Source: an uncultured virus (IMG/VR IMGVR_UViG_3300005683_000076)
Lineage: Duplodnaviria > Heunggongvirae > Uroviricota > Caudoviricetes
Length of the DNA stretch: 20,000 nucleotides
Virus record (IMG/VR): IMGVR_UViG_3300005683_000076
Reading direction: 5' to 3' (one strand)
The notes beneath the pieces were generated by a model. That model saw only the letters and a program-made list of their open reading frames with translations. It searched no databases and was not told where the DNA came from. The position numbers and the translations under genes were made by a program. How positions within the stretch are numbered: the first letter of the stretch is position 1; the number at the start of each line of letters is the position of its first letter. Positions 11,653 through 20,000 of the stretch are shown piece after piece.

Positions 11653-13575
11653 TTAATCCTCGGGCAGCTTATAGTTATGAACGCCTATGTCGTTCTGCCA
11701 AAAGCCTTTCTCGGTTCCTTTTAGTGAGATTTTTACGGTGTGTCGTTTTGCGAAATGTTTGATTACAGCGTCTACTTTAACTATACCATTTCTAGTTAAT
11801 ATAGTATCATATTCTGTCAAGCGGTGCAAGGGCGTACCTACAAAGTCTATATCACTTGTGAATACCGGGTGTGACTTAGAAGCGGTCAGCTTATAGTTCC
11901 CGGCTATTAAAGTATAGACGTCCTGCGGAGGTATTACCTGCGTCTCATAATCCACTGGAAAACCGTTCCTGTTTATGATCTTGTACCGGTGCTGGCTATC
12001 TACCAGATCTACAGCCTTGATAGGTCCGTGGTCCGTTTCGATCAGATCATCAAATACCGGGCAATATCCGCCACCACCCGGGGGTACGTTTCCACCACCT
12101 CCACCTGAAGTACCTTGGTCTCCGCTGGTAGGAGCAATAGATACTCCACGCTTAGCCTCAAAATCTAACGGGCACCTGGTGAACAAACCGAACTTGTCAT
12201 CTAAAGACACAAGATCCACTAACAGTGCGTGATCAGATCCGCTGCCACTGAACCCAGTGTCCATTCCCATGACTAACCACTGCTTGTCCGAGGTGTTACC
12301 TAGGTTGTAGTCACTGGGAACTACGATATTCATGCGGCCAACTCTCCATTCGAGAGCAGATGCCGGCCTGAAGTTTGCAGCAGTTACCTGGGTCTTAGCG
12401 ATGTGCCTTAGCCTGGTCGGAGTAGGAAAGCCTCCTACGGTGTTGTTAGCCGTGCCGTAGTCGTAATAGGTATTGGCCGGGTAGGGGAACTTTAATCTTT
12501 CATACGTAGCACCGGTCTTCCTGTAAACTTCAGTTCGGACTACTCCAGGTTCCTGCGGCCACGACAGCTCCACGTAATTGGTAGTACTGAGCGTGGCATT
12601 AGTGTTTGCTATTGTCAGGGTAGTTGTACTGATCGTTGACCCGTCGGCCATGTACATCAGGACCATATAGTCTCTCGATGTCGCACCGGTAGTACCCTGC
12701 TGTGATCCTGTAAGGGCAGGCCTTTGTCCTTCGAGAAACTTCCTCTGGCCGGCGGAGTTGTCCCAAAGCCCACCAAAGAAATCTACGAACACCTCGTCCT
12801 CTCCACCTACCTGCCCGCTAAGCTTATAAATAAACGTCAGAATGTATTGCTTTGACGGGACTATCGTGTTGTATGCCAGTGGAAATGTCAGCGTATTCGA
12901 CGCGTCACTCCACCTGGCCCAGCCGTTGGTCTTGTCATAATCCGGATTACTTACTGTAGTAGCATACCGGGTATGAGTCGTGGTCTTTAGAGCTGTGTTA
13001 GTAGCAAGATTCGCATCTGCATTAACGTCGGTAGAGTCTTCTTTTAACTGTAAAAGCCTGAAGCGTACACGCCCGTTAGTTACCGTAGTAGAAGCCGCGA
13101 CTGCTAAAGTACAAGTAGTAGATGATCCTGGAGCACCGTTGATCGTAGTGACCAGGTCCGCACCAGCCACTCCGGCACCATAAACAACTATCTCCTTGCC
13201 TGCGTCACCAGCCACAAAATCAGCAGTATCGATAGTAAGAGCAGTAGATGCAGCCGTGACTGATCCAGTGGTGTCAATGCAAGTATCTTTCGGGTGAGCG
13301 TAGACATGAGCTGCTTCAAGAGATACGTTACCGTCCTCCCCCGTACCTCCAGCAAAATCAGTAGTATAGAGATACCTATTACGGTCGAAGTGAAAGTCTC
13401 CATTTCTAATGTGATTCTGGTGCCCGTACTCCGTAGCAGAATTTGCATTCTCTATCACGGTTTGCAGAGCACCCCCCTGCTCCTGCTGGATAGTAGAGAG
13501 TGCCTTGATCTGTCGCTCCAGGGACTGTACACGCCCGAGGAATTCAACTGTATTTAGATCTGTCGGAGTCGGCAT
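11653..13575 (-). CDS. Tail-associated structural protein (640 aa) with C-terminal Hint autoprocessing domain
   Basis: N-terminal coiled coil, T/G/A-rich beta domains including an FN3-like segment (NYVELSWPQEPGVVRTEVYRK), poly-Gly linker, then Hint domain. Confidence 0.85.
   Translation of the reverse strand: MPTPTDLNTVEFLGRVQSLERQIKALSTIQQEQGGALQTVIENANSATEYGHQNHIRNGDFHFDRNRYLYTTDFAGGTGEDGNVSLEAAHVYAHPKDTCIDTTGSVTAASTALTIDTADFVAGDAGKEIVVYGAGVAGADLVTTINGAPGSSTTCTLAVAASTTVTNGRVRFRLLQLKEDSTDVNADANLATNTALKTTTHTRYATTVSNPDYDKTNGWARWSDASNTLTFPLAYNTIVPSKQYILTFIYKLSGQVGGEDEVFVDFFGGLWDNSAGQRKFLEGQRPALTGSQQGTTGATSRDYMVLMYMADGSTISTTTLTIANTNATLSTTNYVELSWPQEPGVVRTEVYRKTGATYERLKFPYPANTYYDYGTANNTVGGFPTPTRLRHIAKTQVTAANFRPASALEWRVGRMNIVVPSDYNLGNTSDKQWLVMGMDTGFSGSGSDHALLVDLVSLDDKFGLFTRCPLDFEAKRGVSIAPTSGDQGTSGGGGGNVPPGGGGYCPVFDDLIETDHGPIKAVDLVDSQHRYKIINRNGFPVDYETQVIPPQDVYTLIAGNYKLTASKSHPVFTSDIDFVGTPLHRLTEYDTILTRNGIVKVDAVIKHFAKRHTVKISLKGTEKGFWQNDIGVHNYKLPED
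11674..12063 (-). other. Hint (intein-like/BIL-type) domain, aa 505-634, no endonuclease
   Basis: GGGGY/CPVFDDLIETDHGPIKAVDL (Cys at 12061-12063), block B LTASKSHPVF, C-terminal TVKISL...FWQNDIGVHN followed by YKLPED-stop. Confidence 0.85.
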
Positions 13576-15353
13576 TAAAGAGTCGTCGAGTTTTCTACAG
13601 TCCCGTACACGATGATGTGTGACAGGAAGCTGTCATTCGAGAAGTTGGTCTGTGTCCCGTCGAACTGAACAGAGAAGGAGTTCTTTCTAGGCAGGTACCA
13701 CCTGGACCGCTGAGTGGTATTCATCCCAACAGCTGCAGTATGTGCGAGAGTCTTATCTACTGTATTGGAGTAGTCAGTCCGGATCTTGAAGTTGTGAGTA
13801 GTGGCTGCAGCCCCGCAATACACTCCACGCAGGCCAAGAATATTTATCCTGCCCTCTGGGAATGGCTCGAGATCAGCACTTCTTATGATGAAGTTCGTCG
13901 AGGAAGATCCGTTATCGAATTCATACATCGTGAACGTGCTGCCGTTCTTCAACGTAATATAAGGAATACGATTGTGGACTACGGCTGAGACCACGTTACC
14001 GGCAAAGAAGTCATTCAACGCTGCCGGTGAAGACCACTTCAGTGTCTGTAGATTGAACAGGTAAGTCTCACCTTGATAGGAGTAGGCTACAGAATTCAGG
14101 TGGGGGACACGGTGTACAACAACATTGTCCACGACCCAGTTACGCATGGCCTTAGCTACGGGCTGAGCAAACCTGTTATCCGGAAGGCCGTTGTCACCCA
14201 TAGTCACTGCTCCGGTCTTGGAAGTGAAAGCAAACAGCACGCCGCTGACCGTGCACCAGTTGTGCGGATTAGCAACCCCGACATCCGACCACAAGGTCTG
14301 GATCATTAGGGGGTTGTCTGTTCCCGGGATCACTGACACGGCATGTACGCTGGAGTTGGTCGACACATACACGTAGGTTCCCTGCGGATCTTGTAAGATA
14401 GCTGTGGGAGATTTGGGGAGAAATGCCAGGTGCTCAGGGTTGAAGCTCTCCGGGAAGTTCCTGACGCTGGCTTGGATCGCATTAGTATACGCTCCGAAAG
14501 TAATGACGTAGTTCTCGAGCCTCGCTGCAAACAGTGCCGCCTGCGGGGGGTAGTCATCCGTGTACGCAGTGACAGGGAGAAGATCGGAGTCGTTGTACTC
14601 AAGAACGTATGACCTGGCTATAGAGTCCACGGTTGAGAGGTCGCTCTCGTTGATCTCCTTGATCAGGTAGTGCACACCTACTCCTCCGAATCCAGCCTTG
14701 GTACCAAAGATGGCCCACCGGTCCTGCCCGTTAGACGCAGCAGCCGGAAACACCAGGTGTACTGTCTGGGACGTCAGCGTGATCACGGCTGATGTGGGAG
14801 ACGCTATTGATCTGGCACCTGTAGTACTCCTGACCGCGGCGATCTTAAAGGAGAACGTGCCAGTGTTAAGTCCGGTAAACGGAGATACCGGGTTTCTAGC
14901 ATAGACCTGTGGTGCGGTCGGCTGAGAAAATCCAGCCGTGTACCATTCCGGATAGGTATATGATCCTACCTTCGGTGCCAGCTGGAGTGTGCTGGTGGCC
15001 GTGACGTTTGCCGGCGATGGGGTGCTGTCTACAAGAACACTTCCATTGTAGAAGACCTCCCCGGCCCCGATCGCAAATAAAGACTCGTTGATGAAGTTAA
15101 AGATGGAACCTACTCCCTGAGTAGCTCCAACGTCGTTAAGAGAAGCATAGCCTCCGGCCACGTTGAACATGGTTCGTCCACCGGTACCGTTGGCAGTAAG
15201 TCCGCGGAATACCCGCTGCGAGTTGTTGTCTACAATAAAGACATTCTTCGACCCTGGTGCCATGGCATCCATTGGATAGGTCAAGGTGTCCGTATTGAAG
15301 TACCCGCCGCCGAGATTTACTCCGGCAAGAACTTCATTCTCTATATCACTCAT
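13575..15353 (-). CDS. Putative tail nozzle/stabilisation-type protein (592 aa)
   Basis: Beta-propeller-like alternating strands, inserted Ig/FN3-like segment (GTFSFKIAAVRSTTGARSIASP), S-x(3-4)-FPESF motif; size and position comparable to P22 gp10/T7 gp12 equivalents (inference). Confidence 0.6.
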   Translation of the reverse strand: MSDIENEVLAGVNLGGGYFNTDTLTYPMDAMAPGSKNVFIVDNNSQRVFRGLTANGTGGRTMFNVAGGYASLNDVGATQGVGSIFNFINESLFAIGAGEVFYNGSVLVDSTPSPANVTATSTLQLAPKVGSYTYPEWYTAGFSQPTAPQVYARNPVSPFTGLNTGTFSFKIAAVRSTTGARSIASPTSAVITLTSQTVHLVFPAAASNGQDRWAIFGTKAGFGGVGVHYLIKEINESDLSTVDSIARSYVLEYNDSDLLPVTAYTDDYPPQAALFAARLENYVITFGAYTNAIQASVRNFPESFNPEHLAFLPKSPTAILQDPQGTYVYVSTNSSVHAVSVIPGTDNPLMIQTLWSDVGVANPHNWCTVSGVLFAFTSKTGAVTMGDNGLPDNRFAQPVAKAMRNWVVDNVVVHRVPHLNSVAYSYQGETYLFNLQTLKWSSPAALNDFFAGNVVSAVVHNRIPYITLKNGSTFTMYEFDNGSSSTNFIIRSADLEPFPEGRINILGLRGVYCGAAATTHNFKIRTDYSNTVDKTLAHTAAVGMNTTQRSRWYLPRKNSFSVQFDGTQTNFSNDSFLSHIIVYGTVENSTTL

Positions 15354-15584
15354 TTAGCTTACGTCTGGGTCTTGTACTCTGGTAGCTTGTGCTGCAAGGT
15401 CTAGTTTTACGCGGTATGCCTTGACTACATCCTTGGAGAACTGTCTGATGATGAAATCCCTGAACTGTCCCTTTGTTGCACCTCGAGGATCCTCAGGTCC
15501 GGTCCACCCGTAAGTGTCGGCAAAAGCATCTCGCATCTCTGGATTCAAGGCGTCGTTTTGAAAATTAACTGATAGTGTCCACAT
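15354..15584 (-). CDS. Small protein downstream of tailspike (76 aa), possible fibre/spike accessory or chaperone
   Basis: ATG 15584 (MWTLSVNF...) lies 5 nt after the tailspike stop and is preferred to the track's overlapping start at 15614; its stop abuts the next ATG. Confidence 0.6.
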   Translation of the reverse strand: MWTLSVNFQNDALNPEMRDAFADTYGWTGPEDPRGATKGQFRDFIIRQFSKDVVKAYRVKLDLAAQATRVQDPDVS

Positions 15585-15589
15585 AAATA

Positions 15590-18500
15590 TTACGGTAAGA
15601 GGCTGACACGCCATCTAGAAGTCGTGCCGTCATACATGGCGATCGCACACTTGCCGGCCGCCAAGGCCAGGTCTGCTCCTGTTGTAGTAAAGAATTGGTT
15701 AGCTGCGGTTGAAGTAACTTGGTGCTTCAGTGTGATCGTATTTGTCGTACCTACGTTCCAGATGAACAACTCCTGGCCGTCCACGCCTGCTACTATTCCG
15801 GTAAGGTTTACTGCAGATGAAGCACTGAGGCGTAGATGGCGAGCCGTTCCCGGATTGTAATTATCTGTGTTAGCAGCAAGTGCGGTAGGGGAGAGAGGTA
15901 CTGAACTGAGCGTTGCATTGCCGGTGGACCCATCAGTCAATTTGATAACCTTGGCAGCGGCTCTGGCCAGGCCAGTGTCTGCTGCTCCAGTTACGGCATC
16001 CGCTGTGGAGCTCCAATTGAATGCTCCAGCACTGCGAACTGTCCAACCACTACTACCTATGAACGCACCGTAACGTGCCCCGCCGTAATAGAAAGAGATC
16101 GCACCATTTGTGGCTCCATCAAGCTGTATACCCAACGGGAAGGCGGCGTTGCTTGTATCGATAAAATGAATGTTTGCGGCCGAGGTGCTGTTAGACGCAG
16201 GAACTACTACCTGCCCGTTAGACTTGATCCTGAATAGATCTCCGCTAGAGCCTGCACTGGAGTCAATCTCTAATAGATTTCCGGATTGCGAAGCTGCAGC
16301 CTTGATGTTGAAAGGAACGTCAGCGGCCGCTCCCGATGTAATCTTGAGCTGGCTCGATGCCGCACCGTAAGTCAAGTTAGCTGATGCTGAGAGGGCCTGA
16401 GATCCGTTCTCATAAAGAACCCGATTCACGCCGCCGCCTGTTACTGTATTACCTACGGTCAGTCCGCCGATAGTTTCTATCTTGTCGTAAACGTCGTTCT
16501 TTGTAGGAACTTCGTTAGATCCATTCCAGGAGACACCGTACGCCTCACCCGGAACAGTAATATCCCCGGTAGAACTTACTGAAGGACTTGACAGTTCGAT
16601 CGGACCGGATGCCTGTATCAACATCCCGGCAAGGCTACTGCCAGCCAGAACATATCCTTTGTCCTGGTATCCGTCCCCAGTAGCAGTACCTCCTACTCCA
16701 AGAGCCATGCGGGCATTGCCGTCTCCGCCGGTCTGTAAAGACTGTATCTCTGTGTAGTCAGTAGTTGCCCCACCTGCCACACCTAAGTTTCCGCCAGAGT
16801 AGGTAAAACGTGAAGATGTTGCCACGTTCTGGGAAGCGTCTTCGTAAATAACGCGGTTAGCTCCGCCGCCAGTGACGGCATTGCCAACAGTAATACCAAT
16901 AGTCTCTACCTTGTCGTAAACGTCGTTCTTGGTTGGGACTTCATTAGATCCGTTCCACCCAACACCATAGGCTTCTGCTGGAACTGTTACGTCTCCGTCA
17001 AAGTTATAGGAAGTGAACGCAGGATGGCTGCCATCAAATTCCAAGGCACCAGTGCTGGAGTTACGGTAAATGTCGTAGCCGACAAAGTCTCGGTTGGAGT
17101 CGAGTATACCTAAGCGGAACTGCTTCTCGTTCTCGGTAAGGACCTGCAGCCACGGGTCTGTGCTTGAGGCACCAGATGCACCGGTTCGTGTGACTTTGAA
17201 TCTGTCTTGGACCTCGTACTCCGGTCCACCCCATAATGGTTCTCCTGGAGCGTCTACGCGGACAGTTCCGGGGTAAGCGTTAATACTGGTATTGCAGTGA
17301 ACGTTCTCTAGGCCCATCGCAGAGTAACCGGCAATTGTCTGCAACATCTGGGTCTTACCCCTGATGATGACGTGCATTGCACCGGACTCGTTGCGAATTG
17401 TTTTCGGCCAACACTGGACAGAGTCCAGCATAAGAGTACCGTAGTCGCCGCCCTGAATACGGATAGCGTGACCGATAATGCCGCCTACGATCGAAATATT
17501 ATTCTGAACCTCACCAACTACAATGTTATTGTTGATCTCCATGGCACTGAAGTACCCTTCGATCCAGCAGCCATTGATGTGCAGAGAACGTGCCGGCCCT
17601 TCGATAAGAAAGGCAGCCTGTGGAATGGTCGCCGCCGGAGCAACTCCAGCAATGTGCGAGGAACTTGTGAGATCGTTACTTATCCCGGCACAGGTGACAT
17701 TTTCAATAGTGACATTGAACGTAGCGTCATTGGCTGCCTCGTCTAGCGTACATAAGTAGAAATCACTAGACCCATTCCAGCCAACGTTATACTCGAGCAT
17801 GACATCTTTGTGCTTAGCCAGGGCCTGAGCAGCCGCTTTAGCAATAAGAGTTGCTGTCGTGTGTTCCGTGGTTGTAACTGGAAAAGTAACGGTCGGGCCT
17901 ACGATCGAATTGCGGGTAATGACGCATCTTGCATTACCTGACGAAGTGATACCGGACGGTGCCACTACGGTCTGCTTAATTGCCTGTCTGGATCCAGGAG
18001 AACCAAACCCGCCGGCAAACTCCACGCCATTAAATCCAAGGTATCCGCACCCGACAGAGCCTATATAAACAGCTTTTGAGGTGTTGGTGGCCGCCGCCAG
18101 TATCTGCCCATCATAGTTAATGACAGTGTTGTTGGCGTTTACATACAGCCCGATCTCGCAGTAACTTAAAGTACAATCCCTATCAAAACGTACCTGTCTG
18201 AATGCACCGTTTCCGGAGGCATCATCGATAGATACACCAGTTGCCGCAGCCTGGATCTTGACGTTCCTACAGACAAAATCCAATACATCTACTGTGCCTG
18301 AAGGTGCAGCTAGCGAAATTCCCACTGATCCTGGCCGGCTGTCACACCGCAGCATCAGATCACTCAAGTGGGTACTCCACATCGCAGCTGCTAACTGCTT
18401 GAATATCTTGGCGTTATCTACCGTTACTTTTAGGGTAGTACCTTTGGTGACTCCAGAATCTAATACGTTACCGCCGCCTTCACCTTTAATATGGGTATAG

Positions 18501-19366
18501 CTGGGAAGTTGGTGCTCACCTGTCGTACTCCACTCACCGTTAGGAATGACGATAGTAGTTCCCGGGGTGTTAGCAGCAGCACTTAGTGCCTTGTTCAAGG
18601 CTGTAGTTATTGTCGTCGGAGTCGGGCCTGTCCACCACGCGGTCTTGTATTCCTTGATGCAGCCAGTACCAAAATACACATTTCCGCTGCCGGAAAAGCA
18701 CTGCTCGTTGTCGTGCTCGAACGCAGAGTTAATAGTAAGCGTTATCCCAGTATCTACTGAAAGGACAGCACCACGTAATATTCGTAACCTGATGTTGACA
18801 GGTACTGTTACGTTAGATGAAATTGTCGCGTTCTCGAGAACAAAGAGATCAGTACTTGCTCCACCGATGGCCGTCACGGCCGCCGCGAGATCGTTGGCGT
18901 AGTCCTCAGACAAGGACGGCCTCATTATCTTCGGAGAGTTAATGTCGACTTTCTGCGACAGCAGGTACGCAGTCTGGTCAGCCGTATAGTACGTGTCTGG
19001 CATCTGCCTGACGACAGCCTGGTTGTATACCATCAACTCAGACCACGTGATCGGGGTGTCTGGCGGTACACTGAATTCAATACCACCCATAAGAGTGGCC
19101 ACGCGTGCACCAGTATCGTCATACAATACTGCGATGTACTTTGCCGCGTCGTTACTAGAGTCCGTTGTAGACTGAAGCGTGAAAGACGGGACCGTGATCG
19201 TAGTGCCAGACACTGTACACGCCACGGACTTGTAGAAGTACCCTAGGCCGGGAACATACTCCAGCCCGCCAGCAAAAAAGCTAGAGTCGCAGTAGATCCG
19301 GATTGATGCTGTTGATCCGCCTCTCTGGTAGTTAGGTATGGTAGTTGATTGTACGGTTACATTCAT
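15590..19366 (-). CDS. Tailspike/tail fibre with pectate-lyase-like right-handed beta-helix (1258 aa)
   Basis: Beta-helix entry motif TTALNKALSAAANTPGTTIVIPNGEW...IKGEG...TTL, followed by beta-helix rungs; G/S/T/A-rich fibre-like C-terminal half with a duplicated module. Confidence 0.85.
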   Translation of the reverse strand: MNVTVQSTTIPNYQRGGSTASIRIYCDSSFFAGGLEYVPGLGYFYKSVACTVSGTTITVPSFTLQSTTDSSNDAAKYIAVLYDDTGARVATLMGGIEFSVPPDTPITWSELMVYNQAVVRQMPDTYYTADQTAYLLSQKVDINSPKIMRPSLSEDYANDLAAAVTAIGGASTDLFVLENATISSNVTVPVNIRLRILRGAVLSVDTGITLTINSAFEHDNEQCFSGSGNVYFGTGCIKEYKTAWWTGPTPTTITTALNKALSAAANTPGTTIVIPNGEWSTTGEHQLPSYTHIKGEGGGNVLDSGVTKGTTLKVTVDNAKIFKQLAAAMWSTHLSDLMLRCDSRPGSVGISLAAPSGTVDVLDFVCRNVKIQAAATGVSIDDASGNGAFRQVRFDRDCTLSYCEIGLYVNANNTVINYDGQILAAATNTSKAVYIGSVGCGYLGFNGVEFAGGFGSPGSRQAIKQTVVAPSGITSSGNARCVITRNSIVGPTVTFPVTTTEHTTATLIAKAAAQALAKHKDVMLEYNVGWNGSSDFYLCTLDEAANDATFNVTIENVTCAGISNDLTSSSHIAGVAPAATIPQAAFLIEGPARSLHINGCWIEGYFSAMEINNNIVVGEVQNNISIVGGIIGHAIRIQGGDYGTLMLDSVQCWPKTIRNESGAMHVIIRGKTQMLQTIAGYSAMGLENVHCNTSINAYPGTVRVDAPGEPLWGGPEYEVQDRFKVTRTGASGASSTDPWLQVLTENEKQFRLGILDSNRDFVGYDIYRNSSTGALEFDGSHPAFTSYNFDGDVTVPAEAYGVGWNGSNEVPTKNDVYDKVETIGITVGNAVTGGGANRVIYEDASQNVATSSRFTYSGGNLGVAGGATTDYTEIQSLQTGGDGNARMALGVGGTATGDGYQDKGYVLAGSSLAGMLIQASGPIELSSPSVSSTGDITVPGEAYGVSWNGSNEVPTKNDVYDKIETIGGLTVGNTVTGGGVNRVLYENGSQALSASANLTYGAASSQLKITSGAAADVPFNIKAAASQSGNLLEIDSSAGSSGDLFRIKSNGQVVVPASNSTSAANIHFIDTSNAAFPLGIQLDGATNGAISFYYGGARYGAFIGSSGWTVRSAGAFNWSSTADAVTGAADTGLARAAAKVIKLTDGSTGNATLSSVPLSPTALAANTDNYNPGTARHLRLSASSAVNLTGIVAGVDGQELFIWNVGTTNTITLKHQVTSTAANQFFTTTGADLALAAGKCAIAMYDGTTSRWRVSLLP
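16367..16996 (-). repeat. Two copies of a ~66-aa module in tailspike (16799-16996 and 16367-16567)
   Basis: GDVTVPAEAYGVGWNGSNEVPTKNDVYDKVETIG-ITVGNAVTGGGANRVIYE vs GDITVPGEAYGVSWNGSNEVPTKNDVYDKIETIGGLTVGNTVTGGGVNRVLYE; shared DNA such as cttgtcgtaaacgtcgttctt. Confidence 0.95.
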
Positions 19367-19944
19367 TAGTTGCGGAAGTATTTAAGTCTGTCGGCGTCTG
19401 GAAGGTCAGAGTGTCTGACAGTTCTCTGATCGATGAGGTGTTGCGGTGCGGGCATCGCGTTTAGCTCTTTGCAAGTAGTGCAGCGAATAAACGGAACTTC
19501 TCCCCCGTGCTTTACAGAGTGTCCGTACATTTCTATGTACTGGACAGGTAGGTTGAACTCACCTTCTTGTTTGAACGAGTCGCAGCTGCAGTCACAGTCC
19601 TCTCGCTCTACCGCCCGGAACTTTTCCTGGTACTCTGCTTTCAGCTGATCGGACACGGCTACTTCGGCAGCCTCTCCGTACCTGCCTTGTAAAGCCAGGG
19701 CCTCAGCTAGTCCATCCTTGTTTCCGGTTATCCTGTGATGCTTCTCCAGTTCAATGCCTCGGCCGATCCTCCGCTCGTTGTCGGTCAATAGGGCACGAGA
19801 CCTGTAGAGCCGTAATGCCTGCTCCCGTCGGATCTCCTCTTTCTGTTCCTCTGTAAGTTCGAGAAACTTCTGGACATCTTCAGGAGTAGCTACGGCCTCT
19901 CTAGGTATCGGGCTGGTGCTGGCTTCTGTTTGGGATTTATTCAC
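19366..19944 (-). CDS. Hypothetical protein (192 aa) with TPR-like helix and Cys cluster (possible Zn ribbon)
   Basis: GTG start; LAEALALQGRYGEAAEV resembles a TPR consensus; CDCSC...RCTTCKELN; stop overlaps the tailspike ATG (TAATG). Confidence 0.7.
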   Translation of the reverse strand: MNKSQTEASTSPIPREAVATPEDVQKFLELTEEQKEEIRREQALRLYRSRALLTDNERRIGRGIELEKHHRITGNKDGLAEALALQGRYGEAAEVAVSDQLKAEYQEKFRAVEREDCDCSCDSFKQEGEFNLPVQYIEMYGHSVKHGGEVPFIRCTTCKELNAMPAPQHLIDQRTVRHSDLPDADRLKYFRN

Positions 19945-19948
19945 TTAG

Positions 19949-19999
19949 TTACTGGCGGGCCTGTGCTTCAGCAACATCAGGCATCTGGGTGATGCCCCC
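19949..19999 (-). CDS. 3' end of an upstream gene (partial)
   Basis: Frame reading ...GGITQMPDVAEAQARQ-TAA ends 4 nt before the next start. An alternative frame ending at 19945 is possible. Confidence 0.4.
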   Translation of the reverse strand, partial: GGITQMPDVAEAQARQ

Positions 20000-20000
20000 G

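Noticed and set aside
11674..12063. Calling the tail-protein Hint a true mini-intein
   Set aside because: The +1 residue is Tyr rather than Cys/Ser/Thr and only six residues follow; better described as a BIL/Hedgehog-like Hint.
16367..16996. Tailspike repeat as a DGR template/variable repeat pair
   Set aside because: Both copies are in frame within one gene, differences are mostly synonymous or conservative and not adenine-specific, and no reverse transcriptase is in the window.
319..19648. All plus-strand ORFs in the track (e.g. 4767-5456, 5941-6537, 1821-2294)
   Set aside because: They lie antisense to continuous minus-strand genes with recognisable motifs and have shadow-frame composition with no domain signatures.
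1..20000. CRISPR arrays, tRNAs, rRNAs, intrinsic terminators
   Set aside because: Essentially the whole window is coding with gaps of 5 nt or less; no spaced repeats, cloverleaf or hairpin-polyU seen by eye.

Overview
Phage-type virion morphogenesis module (short-tailed/podovirus-like organisation inferred), entirely on the minus strand with abutting or TAATG-overlapping genes. Order of transcription: partial CDS, TPR-like/Cys-rich protein, 1258-aa tailspike, small accessory protein, 592-aa nozzle-like tail protein, 640-aa tail protein ending in a Hint domain, 92-aa protein, ejection/pilot-like protein, beta-solenoid protein, 412-aa ejection-like protein, and a giant ORF that the ORF track misses (ATG 8936, open for at least 2978 codons off the left edge; translated by hand). 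The giant protein looks like an injected 'polyvalent' protein: N-terminal lytic transglycosylase, degenerate zincin-like motif, ART-like domain with three related helical inserts, and a C-terminal helical region interrupted by a 310-aa LAGLIDADG intein. It also appears to carry a nested same-strand gene in the +1 frame. Highlights: two independent Hint-type autoprocessing domains in virion proteins, and the overprinted gene. All family calls are from motif recognition by eye; no searches were run.
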